Positions 36,947-45,865 of a DNA stretch of 64,000 nt are shown piece by piece. Position 1 is the first letter of the stretch. Each line of letters begins with the position of its first letter. The stretch spans positions 1,248,001 through 1,312,000 of the forward strand of contig CBDCDS010000003.1 of NCBI GenBank assembly GCA_965215365.1, in the 5' to 3' direction. This DNA comes from Gammaproteobacteria bacterium (GTDB lineage: Bacteria > Pseudomonadota > Gammaproteobacteria > Eutrophobiales > Eutrophobiaceae). Made by a program: the position numbers and the translations under genes. The notes beneath the pieces are model-generated. The model was not told where the DNA came from. It did no database searches and saw nothing but the letters and a program-made list of their open reading frames with translations.

Positions 36947-38143
36947 TTACCGCCGGGCTTTCTTCAGTGCCGTCTCCAGATCATCCTTGAGGTCGGCCAC
37001 ATCCTCGTGGCCGATGGACAGGCGCACTAAGCCGGGTGCGATACCGCTTTGCTGCTTTTCCTCATCCGTCAACCGGTTGTGGGTGGTGGTGGCGGGATGG
37101 GTGATGGTGCTCTTGCTGTCGCCGAGATTAGCTGTGATGGAGAACAGTTCGGTATTGTCAATGAGCCGCCAGGCCGCTTCTTTCCCGCCGCTGACAACGA
37201 AGCTGACGATACCGCCGAAGTCCTGCTGCTGGCGCCGCGCCAGCTCATGCTGAGGATGGTCGGCCAGCCCCGGATAATAGACCTTGGCAATGCCCGGTCG
37301 GCCGTTCAGCCAAGCGGCCAGCTGTGCGGCGTTGCCGCTGTGGGCGGCCATGCGCAGGCCCAGGGTTTCCAGCCCCTTCAGGAACACCCAGGCGTTGAAC
37401 GGACTCATGCTGGGTCCGCCGTACTTGAGAATGGGGTACACGTTCTCGCCCAGCAGTTCTTCCCGACCCAGCACTGCGCCGCCGATACAACGCCCCTGGC
37501 CGTCCAGGTACTTGGTGGCGGAATGAATGACTATGTCGGCGCCGAGCAGCAACGGTTGTTGCAGGGCCGGCGTGCAGAAGCAGTTATCCACCACCAGCAG
37601 GCAGCCGCGGCGCCGGGCCAGCTCCGCCAGACGTTGAATATCGGCGATTTCTGTCAACGGATTGGATGGGGTTTCCAGGTATAACAGGCGCGTGCTGGCG
37701 GTAATCGCCGCCGCCCAGGCGTCGTAGTCGCTGAGCGGGACATAACTGGTGGCGATACCGAACTTGCTCAATACCTTGTTGAACAGGTTCACCGTGGTGC
37801 CGAACACGCTGCGCGAGGACACGATATGGTCGCCGCTTTGCAGCAGGCCCAGGCAGGTGCTCAAAATGGCGCCCATGCCGGAGGATGTGGCAATACACCG
37901 CGGCGCCCGCTCCATGGCCGCCAGCCGTTCTTCAAACACGCGCACCGTGGAATTGGTGAATCTGGAGTAGATATTCCCCGGTTCGTTCTCGGCAAACCGG
38001 GCCGCAGCCTGAGCCGCGTCCTTGAATACGTAGCTGGACGTCAGGAACAACGGTTCACTGTGTTCGCCTTCTGCGGTAGGTTGCCGACCGGCGCGCACCG
38101 CCAGCGTGTTCACCCCGTATCGGGCAGTATCAATTTTAGCCAT
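36947..38143 (-). CDS. metZ: O-succinylhomoserine sulfhydrylase
   Basis: YSRFTN, SSGMGAI, ETPSNP, HSATKYLDGQGR (PLP Lys) and ITANLGD motifs. Confidence 0.92.
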   Translation of the reverse strand: MAKIDTARYGVNTLAVRAGRQPTAEGEHSEPLFLTSSYVFKDAAQAAARFAENEPGNIYSRFTNSTVRVFEERLAAMERAPRCIATSSGMGAILSTCLGLLQSGDHIVSSRSVFGTTVNLFNKVLSKFGIATSYVPLSDYDAWAAAITASTRLLYLETPSNPLTEIADIQRLAELARRRGCLLVVDNCFCTPALQQPLLLGADIVIHSATKYLDGQGRCIGGAVLGREELLGENVYPILKYGGPSMSPFNAWVFLKGLETLGLRMAAHSGNAAQLAAWLNGRPGIAKVYYPGLADHPQHELARRQQQDFGGIVSFVVSGGKEAAWRLIDNTELFSITANLGDSKSTITHPATTTHNRLTDEEKQQSGIAPGLVRLSIGHEDVADLKDDLETALKKARR

Positions 38144-38160
38144 GTAACCTCCTGCAAAGG

Positions 38161-38190
38161 GCACAAAAAAACCCGCATTCAGCTTGCGGG
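38161..38190 (-). terminator. Attenuator terminator in the metZ leader
   Basis: CCCGCA-AGCTGAA-TGCGGG followed by T7 on the minus strand, just before the metZ RBS. Confidence 0.75.
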
Positions 38191-38213
38191 CTAAAGCAGG
38201 TCGGTTCTCTTTA

Positions 38214-38456
38214 GCCCGCATATCTCACCAGGTGATGCGAAGATCGCACCGGATTGGTTTTGTCTGCGGGTGCCTGCGCCCGAAAGCATAGCGGTAGCTA
38301 TGGTTGAACAAGCACGTGCCCGCAGGCAGAACCAAGACCAGCGAGGGCGCATCAAGCGCAGTGTGTCAGGTGGAAAGAGTAGCAGTATTACCATAATTTA
38401 TTGAGAGCAATCATGTGTTTCACAAGGCAACAAGCGGCTTGGTGAGATATGCGGGT
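38214..38456. mobile_element. Full-length MITE, family A, with TA target duplication
   Basis: TA|GCCCGCATATCTCACCA...TGGTGAGATATGCGGGT|TA; homologous to 20080-20320. Confidence 0.88.
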
Positions 38457-38503
38457 TAGCCGTATTTATAATGCGCCCGCAAGCTGAATATCAAATCGGC
38501 GCA
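38456..38503 (-). ncRNA. SAM-II riboswitch aptamer (3' end interrupted by the MITE)
   Basis: UGCGCCGAUUUG...GCUUGCGGGCGCA..AUAAAUACGGCUAA matches the SAM-II pseudoknot pattern (GAUUU/AAAU, GCUAAA); lies upstream of metZ. Confidence 0.8.
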
Positions 38504-38679
38504 CAACCCGAGCACACAGTAATACATAAACCGTTGCCTGTCAAATCCACCTTGACGAAGCTACGCTGAGCCGGTAAAGTAGCCCCCCGAAAATGGCGCA
38601 GCTCAGCGCCCCGGCGCCCGGCTATCAAGGCGTTTCTTAAACAGCCGCGGCTGGCAACACAAACAAAACCACTGTTTTA

Positions 38680-39612
38680 ATGAAAATATGTATTATCGGT
38701 TGTGGTGCCATCGGCAGCCTGTATGCGGCGCACCTGGCGCGGCTCGATGATGTCGAAGTGTGGGCGTTTGATTTGGATCGCGGGCATGTGGGCGCCATCA
38801 ATAAAAACGGTCTGCGGCTTACCGGGTTGAGTGATTTTACCGCCACCGTCCAGGCCAGGACGGAGGTTGACGAAATCCCGGAGTGTGAACTTGGCATTAT
38901 TGCAACGAAGACCATGTTCACCCGTTCGGCCATGGCAGCCGTGGCGCCAATCTTCCGTGACGGCGCGGTCTGCTCGGTACAGAACGGCATCGGCAACGAG
39001 GAGCTCGTGGCCGAATACGCGCCGCGCGTGATCCAGGGCACCATTTTCTCGGCCGGGCACATCACCGCGCCGGGCGTGGTCAACCATGATGCCGGCGGCA
39101 AGACCTGGATCGGACCGTTTGCCACCAACCCGGCCAGCATGGCTGAGGTTGAACGACTGGCGGATGCCCTGAACCGTAGCGGTATGGACTGTCTGGCGCT
39201 GGCGGACGCGCGCGGCGCGCAGTGGACCAAGCTCATCTTCAATTCCGCCTCCAACGCCATGGGCGCGCTGACGCGCCTGCCGCACGGCGTGGCCTGCGAC
39301 CAGGACGGGGTGCGCAAGGTCATGTCGGTACTGGTGGGTGAGGGCGTAGCGGTGGCCGCGGCGCTGGGGATTACCCTGGACAGCGACCCGGAGGCGCTCA
39401 TCGACTATGGCAGGGAAAAGGCCTATTATCATCCTCCCAGTATGTTGCAAGATGTCATCGCGCAACGCTTGACCGAAGTAGATGCCCTCAATGGCGGCAT
39501 CGCCCGGCTGGGCCGGGAACTGGGCATACCGTGCCCCATGAACGAGGCCTGCGCGGCCATAATAAAGGGTCTGGAGGCCTCCTGGTCCTTGGAGGCAACC
39601 TCTAAAAATTAG
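38680..39612 (+). CDS. panE: Ketopantoate reductase family protein
   Basis: GCGAIG, QNGIG, WTKLIFN, SMLQD and TEVDALNG motifs. Confidence 0.85.
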   Translation: MKICIIGCGAIGSLYAAHLARLDDVEVWAFDLDRGHVGAINKNGLRLTGLSDFTATVQARTEVDEIPECELGIIATKTMFTRSAMAAVAPIFRDGAVCSVQNGIGNEELVAEYAPRVIQGTIFSAGHITAPGVVNHDAGGKTWIGPFATNPASMAEVERLADALNRSGMDCLALADARGAQWTKLIFNSASNAMGALTRLPHGVACDQDGVRKVMSVLVGEGVAVAAALGITLDSDPEALIDYGREKAYYHPPSMLQDVIAQRLTEVDALNGGIARLGRELGIPCPMNEACAAIIKGLEASWSLEATSKN

Positions 39613-39746
39613 AGGTTGCCGTGCAGCACAAGGATGTGCTGCCATTTTTAGTCACGTCAGTGACTGAAAATGAAGGAAATGAAAAATCACACTTTTTCAT
39701 TTCCGTCTCTAAAAAATACCACGGAGGGTATTTTTTAGAGGTTCCC
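39594..39746. repeat. Cluster of family B palindromes
   Basis: GGCAACCTCTAA-AAA-TTAGAGGTTGCC; GCAGCAC..GTGCTGC; GGAAATGAAAAA..TTTTTCATTTCC; CTCTAAAAAATACC-ACGGAG-GGTATTTTTTAGAG. Confidence 0.75.
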
Positions 39747-39828
39747 TGAAGTATCCTGAACATTGAGCGGGACCCCGTCGCCCCGGCGACACCATAACAG
39801 GCCGGATATCAAGCTGAGGAAACAACAC

Positions 39829-40983
39829 ATGACCGATTACATTAACCGCTTCCGTCCCAGTCAGGCAGAAATCGAACGCCGCTATGCCAATGTGCGCGCG
39901 GCCATGGAGCAGGCAGGACTGGACGCCCTGGTGGTGAGCGGCAGCGAATACACCGGCTTCGAGGGCGCGGTGCGCTATATGTGCGGGTTCCTGCTGCTGC
40001 ACCGCTACGCCTACGTCGTTATTCCCGCCACCGGCGACCCGGTGTGCGTGTTCCCCCGGGAAGCGATCTGGGTGGGCGATCATACCGCTACTTTTATCGA
40101 GCAGCGCGAGTTCCCCGCCCATTGCGGTGAGTGGATGGCGGACTTCCTGCACGGCCGGGGCGTGCAGCGGCTGGGCATTTACGGTCTGCAATACATCATT
40201 AATGTGCGCGATTATTCCGCGCTGGCCGCCAAGGACTTCGAGCTCATCGACTTTGACATTGAGTTCGACTACGCCCGCGCGCAGAAAAGTGAGGAGGAAA
40301 TTGCCTCGGTGCGTCATTCCATGGAGATCAACAAACAAGGCGTGCTGGATGTCATCCGCGCCTACCAGCCAGGCAAGACCGAGGCACAACTGATGGGCAT
40401 CGCCGAACACACCTTCGCCGCGGCCGGCTGCGCCCGCAATACCATGGACATGATTCAGGTGGGCCCGAACGGCTCCCTAGAACCGCAGATGGTGTTGCCC
40501 TCAAACCGTCCCATAGCAGACAGCGACGGCATGATGTACGGCCTGGAAATCTCCGGCGAGGGCGGCCACTGGGTCGAGTTCTCGCGCCCGGTATTCCCGC
40601 AAGGCATGGATGACATTACCCGGGAAATGATGACCGCCTATCAGGAATTCCACGAACTGGCCAAGCAGCAGATGAAGGCCGGCAATACCGCCGAGGCCGC
40701 CAGCAACGCCTGCATGAAACCGATCTTCGAGCGCGGCTATCGCTGCGGCCATGTCTGCGGCCACTCCATCGGCATGACCATGATCGAAATGCCCAGAATA
40801 GGTGAAGGCTTCGACTTCGTCCTGCCGGAGAACATGGTCTGCTCCATGCACCCCCACTTTATGAACCAGCAACGCACCCACTCCCTGTATTTTCAGGAAA
40901 CCTACCGCGTCGGCCGGGACGGCGGTGAACCCCTGTCAGGCGTGCCGATTAAGGCCTATCAGGGAGGCGAAACCGCGCTGTGA
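39829..40983 (+). CDS. M24 family (Xaa-Pro peptidase/creatinase-like) hydrolase
   Basis: Creatinase-like N-terminal domain, KSEEEI and GHSIG motifs; metal ligands atypical. Confidence 0.8.
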   Translation: MTDYINRFRPSQAEIERRYANVRAAMEQAGLDALVVSGSEYTGFEGAVRYMCGFLLLHRYAYVVIPATGDPVCVFPREAIWVGDHTATFIEQREFPAHCGEWMADFLHGRGVQRLGIYGLQYIINVRDYSALAAKDFELIDFDIEFDYARAQKSEEEIASVRHSMEINKQGVLDVIRAYQPGKTEAQLMGIAEHTFAAAGCARNTMDMIQVGPNGSLEPQMVLPSNRPIADSDGMMYGLEISGEGGHWVEFSRPVFPQGMDDITREMMTAYQEFHELAKQQMKAGNTAEAASNACMKPIFERGYRCGHVCGHSIGMTMIEMPRIGEGFDFVLPENMVCSMHPHFMNQQRTHSLYFQETYRVGRDGGEPLSGVPIKAYQGGETAL

Positions 40984-40985
40984 TA

Positions 40986-41456
40986 TTACTCGCCAAGGCC
41001 AACAGAAGTGGTGCACATCTTGTCCTTCAATTCCTCAAAAATCGCAGCATAGTGATTCCAGCATCGGTTCGCTTCAGCCTGAAAGTGGTTGAACAACACT
41101 CCCTGAAAACTCAAATCATCAGGATAGACACCCACAAAGGCCTGCTGCCCCTTATCATTCAGTACCGCCGCTTTATCAAGACACTCAAAGCCGAATTGAT
41201 ACATCAGCGATCTCAGCTCGCTTTGAGTGTCAGCACTGTCCGTGGTGTTGCCTACTTTAGTATGGGCCGGCGTGATGGTGCAATCAAATCTGACCTCGTT
41301 GCAATGGGTTGTATTGGCGGTTGCATTCCAGTTACTGTACTTGCCAAGATCAATATCAAAGGTTCCCGGCGTTACCCCTGAAGTACAAGTTCCCGCAGCA
41401 GCAAACGGCAAGGCTAACAACACAGGTGCGACTAATCTGGTAATTACCTGTTTCAT
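40986..41456 (-). CDS. Small secreted cysteine-containing hypothetical protein
   Basis: Signal peptide ending in AAA; 6 Cys; lower GC than neighbours. Confidence 0.65.
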   Translation of the reverse strand: MKQVITRLVAPVLLALPFAAAGTCTSGVTPGTFDIDLGKYSNWNATANTTHCNEVRFDCTITPAHTKVGNTTDSADTQSELRSLMYQFGFECLDKAAVLNDKGQQAFVGVYPDDLSFQGVLFNHFQAEANRCWNHYAAIFEELKDKMCTTSVGLGE

Positions 41457-41880
41457 AAAGGGTACCCTCATTTTCAATTTCCACCACGTCAGGAGGCACT
41501 ACGCCAAACAGCCCGATTTCAAGCGCAAATTATATCATAATACACGTAGTTTGCAAGTTCTTTTGCTAACATTTGTGATAAGAGCAGCTGATACTCGGTC
41601 CCCCTACCTGCTATACTCCTGCCAGATTAAAACACTTGCAGGGGACAGAACAGAGCAGTGAGCAAAGCGGAAAACGGCAGTGGCGCGGGGCATTCGGAGT
41701 GTGATCATTGCTGACCGTTTCGGTGACCTCGACGGCTTTGCTGAACATGTGGGTCTGACTGCAATACGCGTGGTGCACCACTACCTGATGGGCGGCTGGT
41801 CACTGGAAGACACGCCGGAACCGGGTTATCTGCTGGCGGATGCAGTGCAGTTGTAGGCCGGGGGCAATGAGGACAGAAAT

Positions 41881-42078
41881 ATGAAATATACGGTTGTGAT
41901 AAAAGCATCAGATGAAGGGTACAGCATTACTTGTCCGGCTTTGCCGGGGTGCTGGTCTCAGGGGGCAACGGAAGCAGAAGCGCTCGCCAATATCGGTGAA
42001 GCAATTCGGGATTATATGGCTGCTTTATATGACGCATACAAGAAGGAGCAGTATCGTGAAATTGAAGTTGCTGTATAG
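41881..42078 (+). CDS. hicB: HicB antitoxin (short form)
   Basis: CPALPGCWSQGATEAEALANIGEAI motif. Confidence 0.9.
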   Translation: MKYTVVIKASDEGYSITCPALPGCWSQGATEAEALANIGEAIRDYMAALYDAYKKEQYREIEVAV

Positions 42079-42084
42079 TCGGCC

Positions 42085-42303
42085 ATGCCCAAAATTCCAG
42101 GGATTAACCATCGTCAGGCGGTGCGCGTACTGAAGAAGGCCGGGTTCAGGATTGTCAGGGAAGGAAGAAAACCTATCGTCATGTCAGATGGTGTCCATTT
42201 TGTAACCATCCCGAGAAATAATCCTGTTAATGCCTATACAATGGCCGGCATAGCAAAGGATTGTGGACTGACTGTTGAAGAATTCAAGGAGCGGTTGAAG
42301 TAA
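42085..42303 (+). CDS. hicA: HicA toxin
   Basis: LKKAGF, VTIPRNNPV and TMAGIAKDCGL motifs. Confidence 0.85.
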   Translation: MPKIPGINHRQAVRVLKKAGFRIVREGRKPIVMSDGVHFVTIPRNNPVNAYTMAGIAKDCGLTVEEFKERLK

Positions 42304-42324
42304 GGCATTCTCAAAGGAAAACAG

Positions 42325-44133
42325 ATGGAACAAGCGTTAACAGTACTGCGGGAAATTTTCGGCTATCGGGAGTTTCGCGGGAACCAGCAGGACATCATCG
42401 CCACCGTTCTGGACGGCAACGACGCGCTGGTATTGATGCCCACCGGTGGCGGCAAGTCCTTGTGTTATCAGCTTCCAGCCCTGTTGCGGCCCGGCACGGG
42501 CATCATTGTCTCACCGCTTATCGCGTTGATGCAGGACCAGGTGAATGCCTTGTTGCAACTGGGTATCAAAGCCGCCTGTCTCAATTCCACCCTGCCGCCG
42601 CAAAGCGCCCGGGACACCGAACAGGACTTGTTGCAAAATGTCATGGACTTGCTCTACATCGCCCCGGAACGGTTACTGCAGGAACGCACCCTGGCCTTGC
42701 TGGAACAGACCCGGATCGCCTTGTTTGCCATCGACGAGGCGCACTGCGTGTCACAATGGGGGCATGATTTTCGCAAGGACTATCTGGCCCTGGAACTGTT
42801 GCAGCGACGCTTCCCGCACATTCCACGCATTGCGCTGACCGCCACCGCAGACGAGCCCACCCGCCGCGAAATACGCGCGCGCCTGGGGCTGCAACAGGCG
42901 CAGGTGTTCATCAGCGGCTTCAATCGCCCGAACATCCGCTATCGCGTGACCACGCGCGGGCAGGAACGCCGGCAGTTATTGCGTTTTCTGCAGGAAGAAC
43001 ATCCGGGGGAGGCCGGCATCGTCTATTGCCTGTCGCGTAAAAAGACCGAAACGATTGCCGAGTGGCTGGTTACTCAAGGCTACACCGCCCTGCCTTACCA
43101 TGCCGGGCTGGATACCGCGGTACGTTATCGTCATCAGCAACGGTTCTTGCAGGAGGAGAGCATCATCATAGTCGCTACCATTGCCTTCGGCATGGGTATC
43201 GACAAGCCGGATGTGCGTTTCGTCGCGCACCTGGATTTGCCGAAGAGCATCGAGGCCTACTACCAGGAAACCGGGCGCGCCGGGCGCGACGGCAAGCCGG
43301 CCAACGCCTGGATGGTCTATGGCCTAGAAGATGTGGTTAAGCTGCGCCAGCTGCTGGAAGGCTCGGAGGCCGACGAGAGCCACAAACGCGTGGAGCGGCA
43401 CAAGCTCGACGCCATGCTGGGTTTATGTGAGATCACCAGTTGCCGTCGGCATGTCCTGCTGCAATATTTCGGTGAGCAGGCACCGGAGCGTTGTGACAAC
43501 TGCGATACCTGCCTGCAACCGGTGACCACCTGGGACGGCACCGAAGCCGCCCGCAAAGCCTTGTCCTGTGTTTACCGCACTGGCCAACTGTTCGGCGCCC
43601 GGCACCTGATTGACGTACTGCTGGGCAAAGAGAACGAGAAAGTGAAAAAGTTTCGCCACCAGCACCTCAGCACCTTCGGCATCGGCGCGGAGCTGAGTGC
43701 GGAGCAGTGGCGTTCCGTATTCCGGCAGTTGATCGCCCGGCGCTTCCTGACGGTGGATGTGCAAGGCTTCGGCTCACTGCGCCTAGCCGAACTGAGCAAG
43801 CCGTTGTTACGTGGGGAGTCACAAGTGTTTCTACGCAAGGAAGAAAAGGCGACCGGTGTCACGGCGAAACCTCGTGACAGGCAGCCGCTGCAAGTCCGCG
43901 ACCCGGCCTTGCTGGAAAAACTCAAGGCACACCGTCGGCAACTGGCTCAGCAACAAGGCCTGCCGCCCTATGTCATCTTCCACGACACGGCCTTAGTGGA
44001 GATGACTCAATATCTGCCGGCCACCCCGGAACAACTGTTACAAATCAGCGGCGTAGGCGCGCACAAGCTGAAAAAATACGGCGCCGGGTTCTTGGCGGTG
44101 ATTCAGGCGCATACCCGGAAGCAAGATCTGTAG
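42325..44133 (+). CDS. recQ: DNA helicase RecQ
   Basis: [32 protein letters not shown], zinc-binding, RQC and HRDC domains. Confidence 0.97.
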   Translation: MEQALTVLREIFGYREFRGNQQDIIATVLDGNDALVLMPTGGGKSLCYQLPALLRPGTGIIVSPLIALMQDQVNALLQLGIKAACLNSTLPPQSARDTEQDLLQNVMDLLYIAPERLLQERTLALLEQTRIALFAIDEAHCVSQWGHDFRKDYLALELLQRRFPHIPRIALTATADEPTRREIRARLGLQQAQVFISGFNRPNIRYRVTTRGQERRQLLRFLQEEHPGEAGIVYCLSRKKTETIAEWLVTQGYTALPYHAGLDTAVRYRHQQRFLQEESIIIVATIAFGMGIDKPDVRFVAHLDLPKSIEAYYQETGRAGRDGKPANAWMVYGLEDVVKLRQLLEGSEADESHKRVERHKLDAMLGLCEITSCRRHVLLQYFGEQAPERCDNCDTCLQPVTTWDGTEAARKALSCVYRTGQLFGARHLIDVLLGKENEKVKKFRHQHLSTFGIGAELSAEQWRSVFRQLIARRFLTVDVQGFGSLRLAELSKPLLRGESQVFLRKEEKATGVTAKPRDRQPLQVRDPALLEKLKAHRRQLAQQQGLPPYVIFHDTALVEMTQYLPATPEQLLQISGVGAHKLKKYGAGFLAVIQAHTRKQDL

Positions 44134-44141
44134 AATCGACC

Positions 44142-44179
44142 CTGTTCGTCATTCCTGCGAATGCAGGAATGACGAACAG
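44142..44179. repeat. REP-like palindrome, family C (may terminate recQ and rpsI)
   Basis: CTGTTCGTCATTCCTGC-GAAT-GCAGGAATGACGAACAG. Confidence 0.8.
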
Positions 44180-44189
44180 AAAACGGAGT

Positions 44190-44582
44190 CTAACGCTTGC
44201 TGTACTGCGGGCGTTTCCGGGCCTTGTGCAGGCCGATCTTCTTACGCTCCACCTCGCGCGCGTCGCGGGTGACGAAACCGGCCTGACGCAGGGTCTTGCG
44301 GAGACTTTCGTCATACTTGAGCAGCGCCCGGGTGATACCGTGGCGGATGGCACCGGCCTGACCGGAGATGCCGCCGCCGCTGACGCTGACGTCGATGTCG
44401 AAATTCTCCATCAGCTCCAGTTTTTCCAGTGGTTGGCGCACGATCATCCGGCCGGTTTCGCGACCAAAGTACTGATCCATAGTGCGTTTGTTGATAGTGA
44501 TGTTGCCGCTGCCGCGCTTTAGGAACACCCGGGCGCTGGCGCTTTTCCGGCGCCCGGTGCTGTAATAAACCTGTTCTGACAT
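44190..44582 (-). CDS. rpsI: 30S ribosomal protein S9
   Basis: [25 protein letters not shown] and QYSKR motifs. Confidence 0.98.
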   Translation of the reverse strand: MSEQVYYSTGRRKSASARVFLKRGSGNITINKRTMDQYFGRETGRMIVRQPLEKLELMENFDIDVSVSGGGISGQAGAIRHGITRALLKYDESLRKTLRQAGFVTRDAREVERKKIGLHKARKRPQYSKR

Positions 44583-44608
44583 AATGCGTGTCCGCCTGTG
44601 ATGGCCCC

Positions 44609-45037
44609 TTATAACTCCAGCGGTTGCGGCTGTTGCGCAGCATGGCGATGATTGGCATCGGCATACACCCGCAGCTTGCGGAACAGGTCACGTCCCAGTG
44701 GTCCCCTGGGCAACATACCCTTGACCGCTTTCTCAATGACCCGTTCCGGCTTGGACCGGATGAGTTTATCGAAAGTAATGGATTTGATGCCGCCCGGGTA
44801 ACCGGAATGGCGATAATAGGTCTTGTTCTTAGCCTTGTTGCCGGTCACGTGCACCTCTTTCGCGTTAATCACGATCACGTAGTCGCCGGTGTTTATATGC
44901 GGCGTGTATTCCGGCTTGTGCTTCCCGCGCAGCCGCTTGGCGATCTCACTGGCAAGCCTTCCCAAGACTTTGCCCCGGGCATCGACCAGATGCCACTGCG
45001 GCCTGATGTCCGCCGGTGTTGCGCTGTAGGTTTTCAT
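44609..45037 (-). CDS. rplM: 50S ribosomal protein L13
   Basis: [19 protein letters not shown] and HSGYPGG motifs. Confidence 0.98.
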   Translation of the reverse strand: MKTYSATPADIRPQWHLVDARGKVLGRLASEIAKRLRGKHKPEYTPHINTGDYVIVINAKEVHVTGNKAKNKTYYRHSGYPGGIKSITFDKLIRSKPERVIEKAVKGMLPRGPLGRDLFRKLRVYADANHRHAAQQPQPLEL

Positions 45038-45136
45038 TGTATGCTGCTTGATTTCCGAAGAGGAGTGCATTCTACATACTGTTGGCGATATGTCAACCTG
45101 ATGATGACACCTGACCTGATGGGCAATAGCCTGTCT

Positions 45137-45502
45137 TCAGGGCAGATCGAAAACAATTTTCAAGGCAGCATGGATTTTTTCCATATCACTATCTTCCAAC
45201 TCTCCACGTACACCAGCCAAGCGCGCGCGGCGATCGATGGGACGGGTCTGGAGACAATCTACTACTGATTTTTTGGTACATCCATTACGGAGCGAGGGAG
45301 TGATCTCCACATTGGTGACAATACGGGATTTCTTTTCGCTCCATGCCGTCAAAGGTGCCACCTGAATAACTGGCAGACGAGCATTATAAGTGTTGTTCGT
45401 GACAATCACACAGGGGCGAATTTTGCCGGTTTCTGACCCTTTGACAGGATTAAGGTTGACGTCTATAACCATTCCTCGGGTCAACTTGTTCACGTCGGCC
45501 AC
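45137..45502 (-). CDS. mazF: PemK/MazF family toxin
   Basis: LNPVKGSETGKIRPCVIV motif; GTG start overlaps the antitoxin end. Confidence 0.9.
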   Translation of the reverse strand: MADVNKLTRGMVIDVNLNPVKGSETGKIRPCVIVTNNTYNARLPVIQVAPLTAWSEKKSRIVTNVEITPSLRNGCTKKSVVDCLQTRPIDRRARLAGVRGELEDSDMEKIHAALKIVFDLP

Positions 45503-45726
45503 TCCGATAATGCCGCGTCTGTCCATTCCTGTGTTTCACTTTCTTTTTCGTAGACTTCCGCATATATCTCGGCCGACTCAGACAGGCTTTGCTGGGCTAA
45601 TTTTGCGTGCAAATGGTCAAGGGCCGTTCGTACGACCTCACTTTTATCCTTAAAACCATACTGCTTGCGCTGTGCAAGAAACCGGGTCTGTTTATCGGCA
45701 AGACTGAATTTGGATTGAATCATCAC
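45490..45726 (-). CDS. RHH-like antitoxin partner of MazF
   Basis: KSEVVRTAL, acidic C-terminus; directly upstream of the toxin. Confidence 0.75.
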   Translation of the reverse strand: MMIQSKFSLADKQTRFLAQRKQYGFKDKSEVVRTALDHLHAKLAQQSLSESAEIYAEVYEKESETQEWTDAALSEWPT

Positions 45727-45865
45727 GGCCTCCTTTTATGTCCGCAAAACAGGGCTATAAATCACAACCCTAATTTAAGCCCTAAATATCTGAAATGTCA
45801 ATGGGGCACCTCTAGTCACCCAGTGATGCGAAGATCGCGCCGGATCAGTCCTGCCTGCCCGGCTC

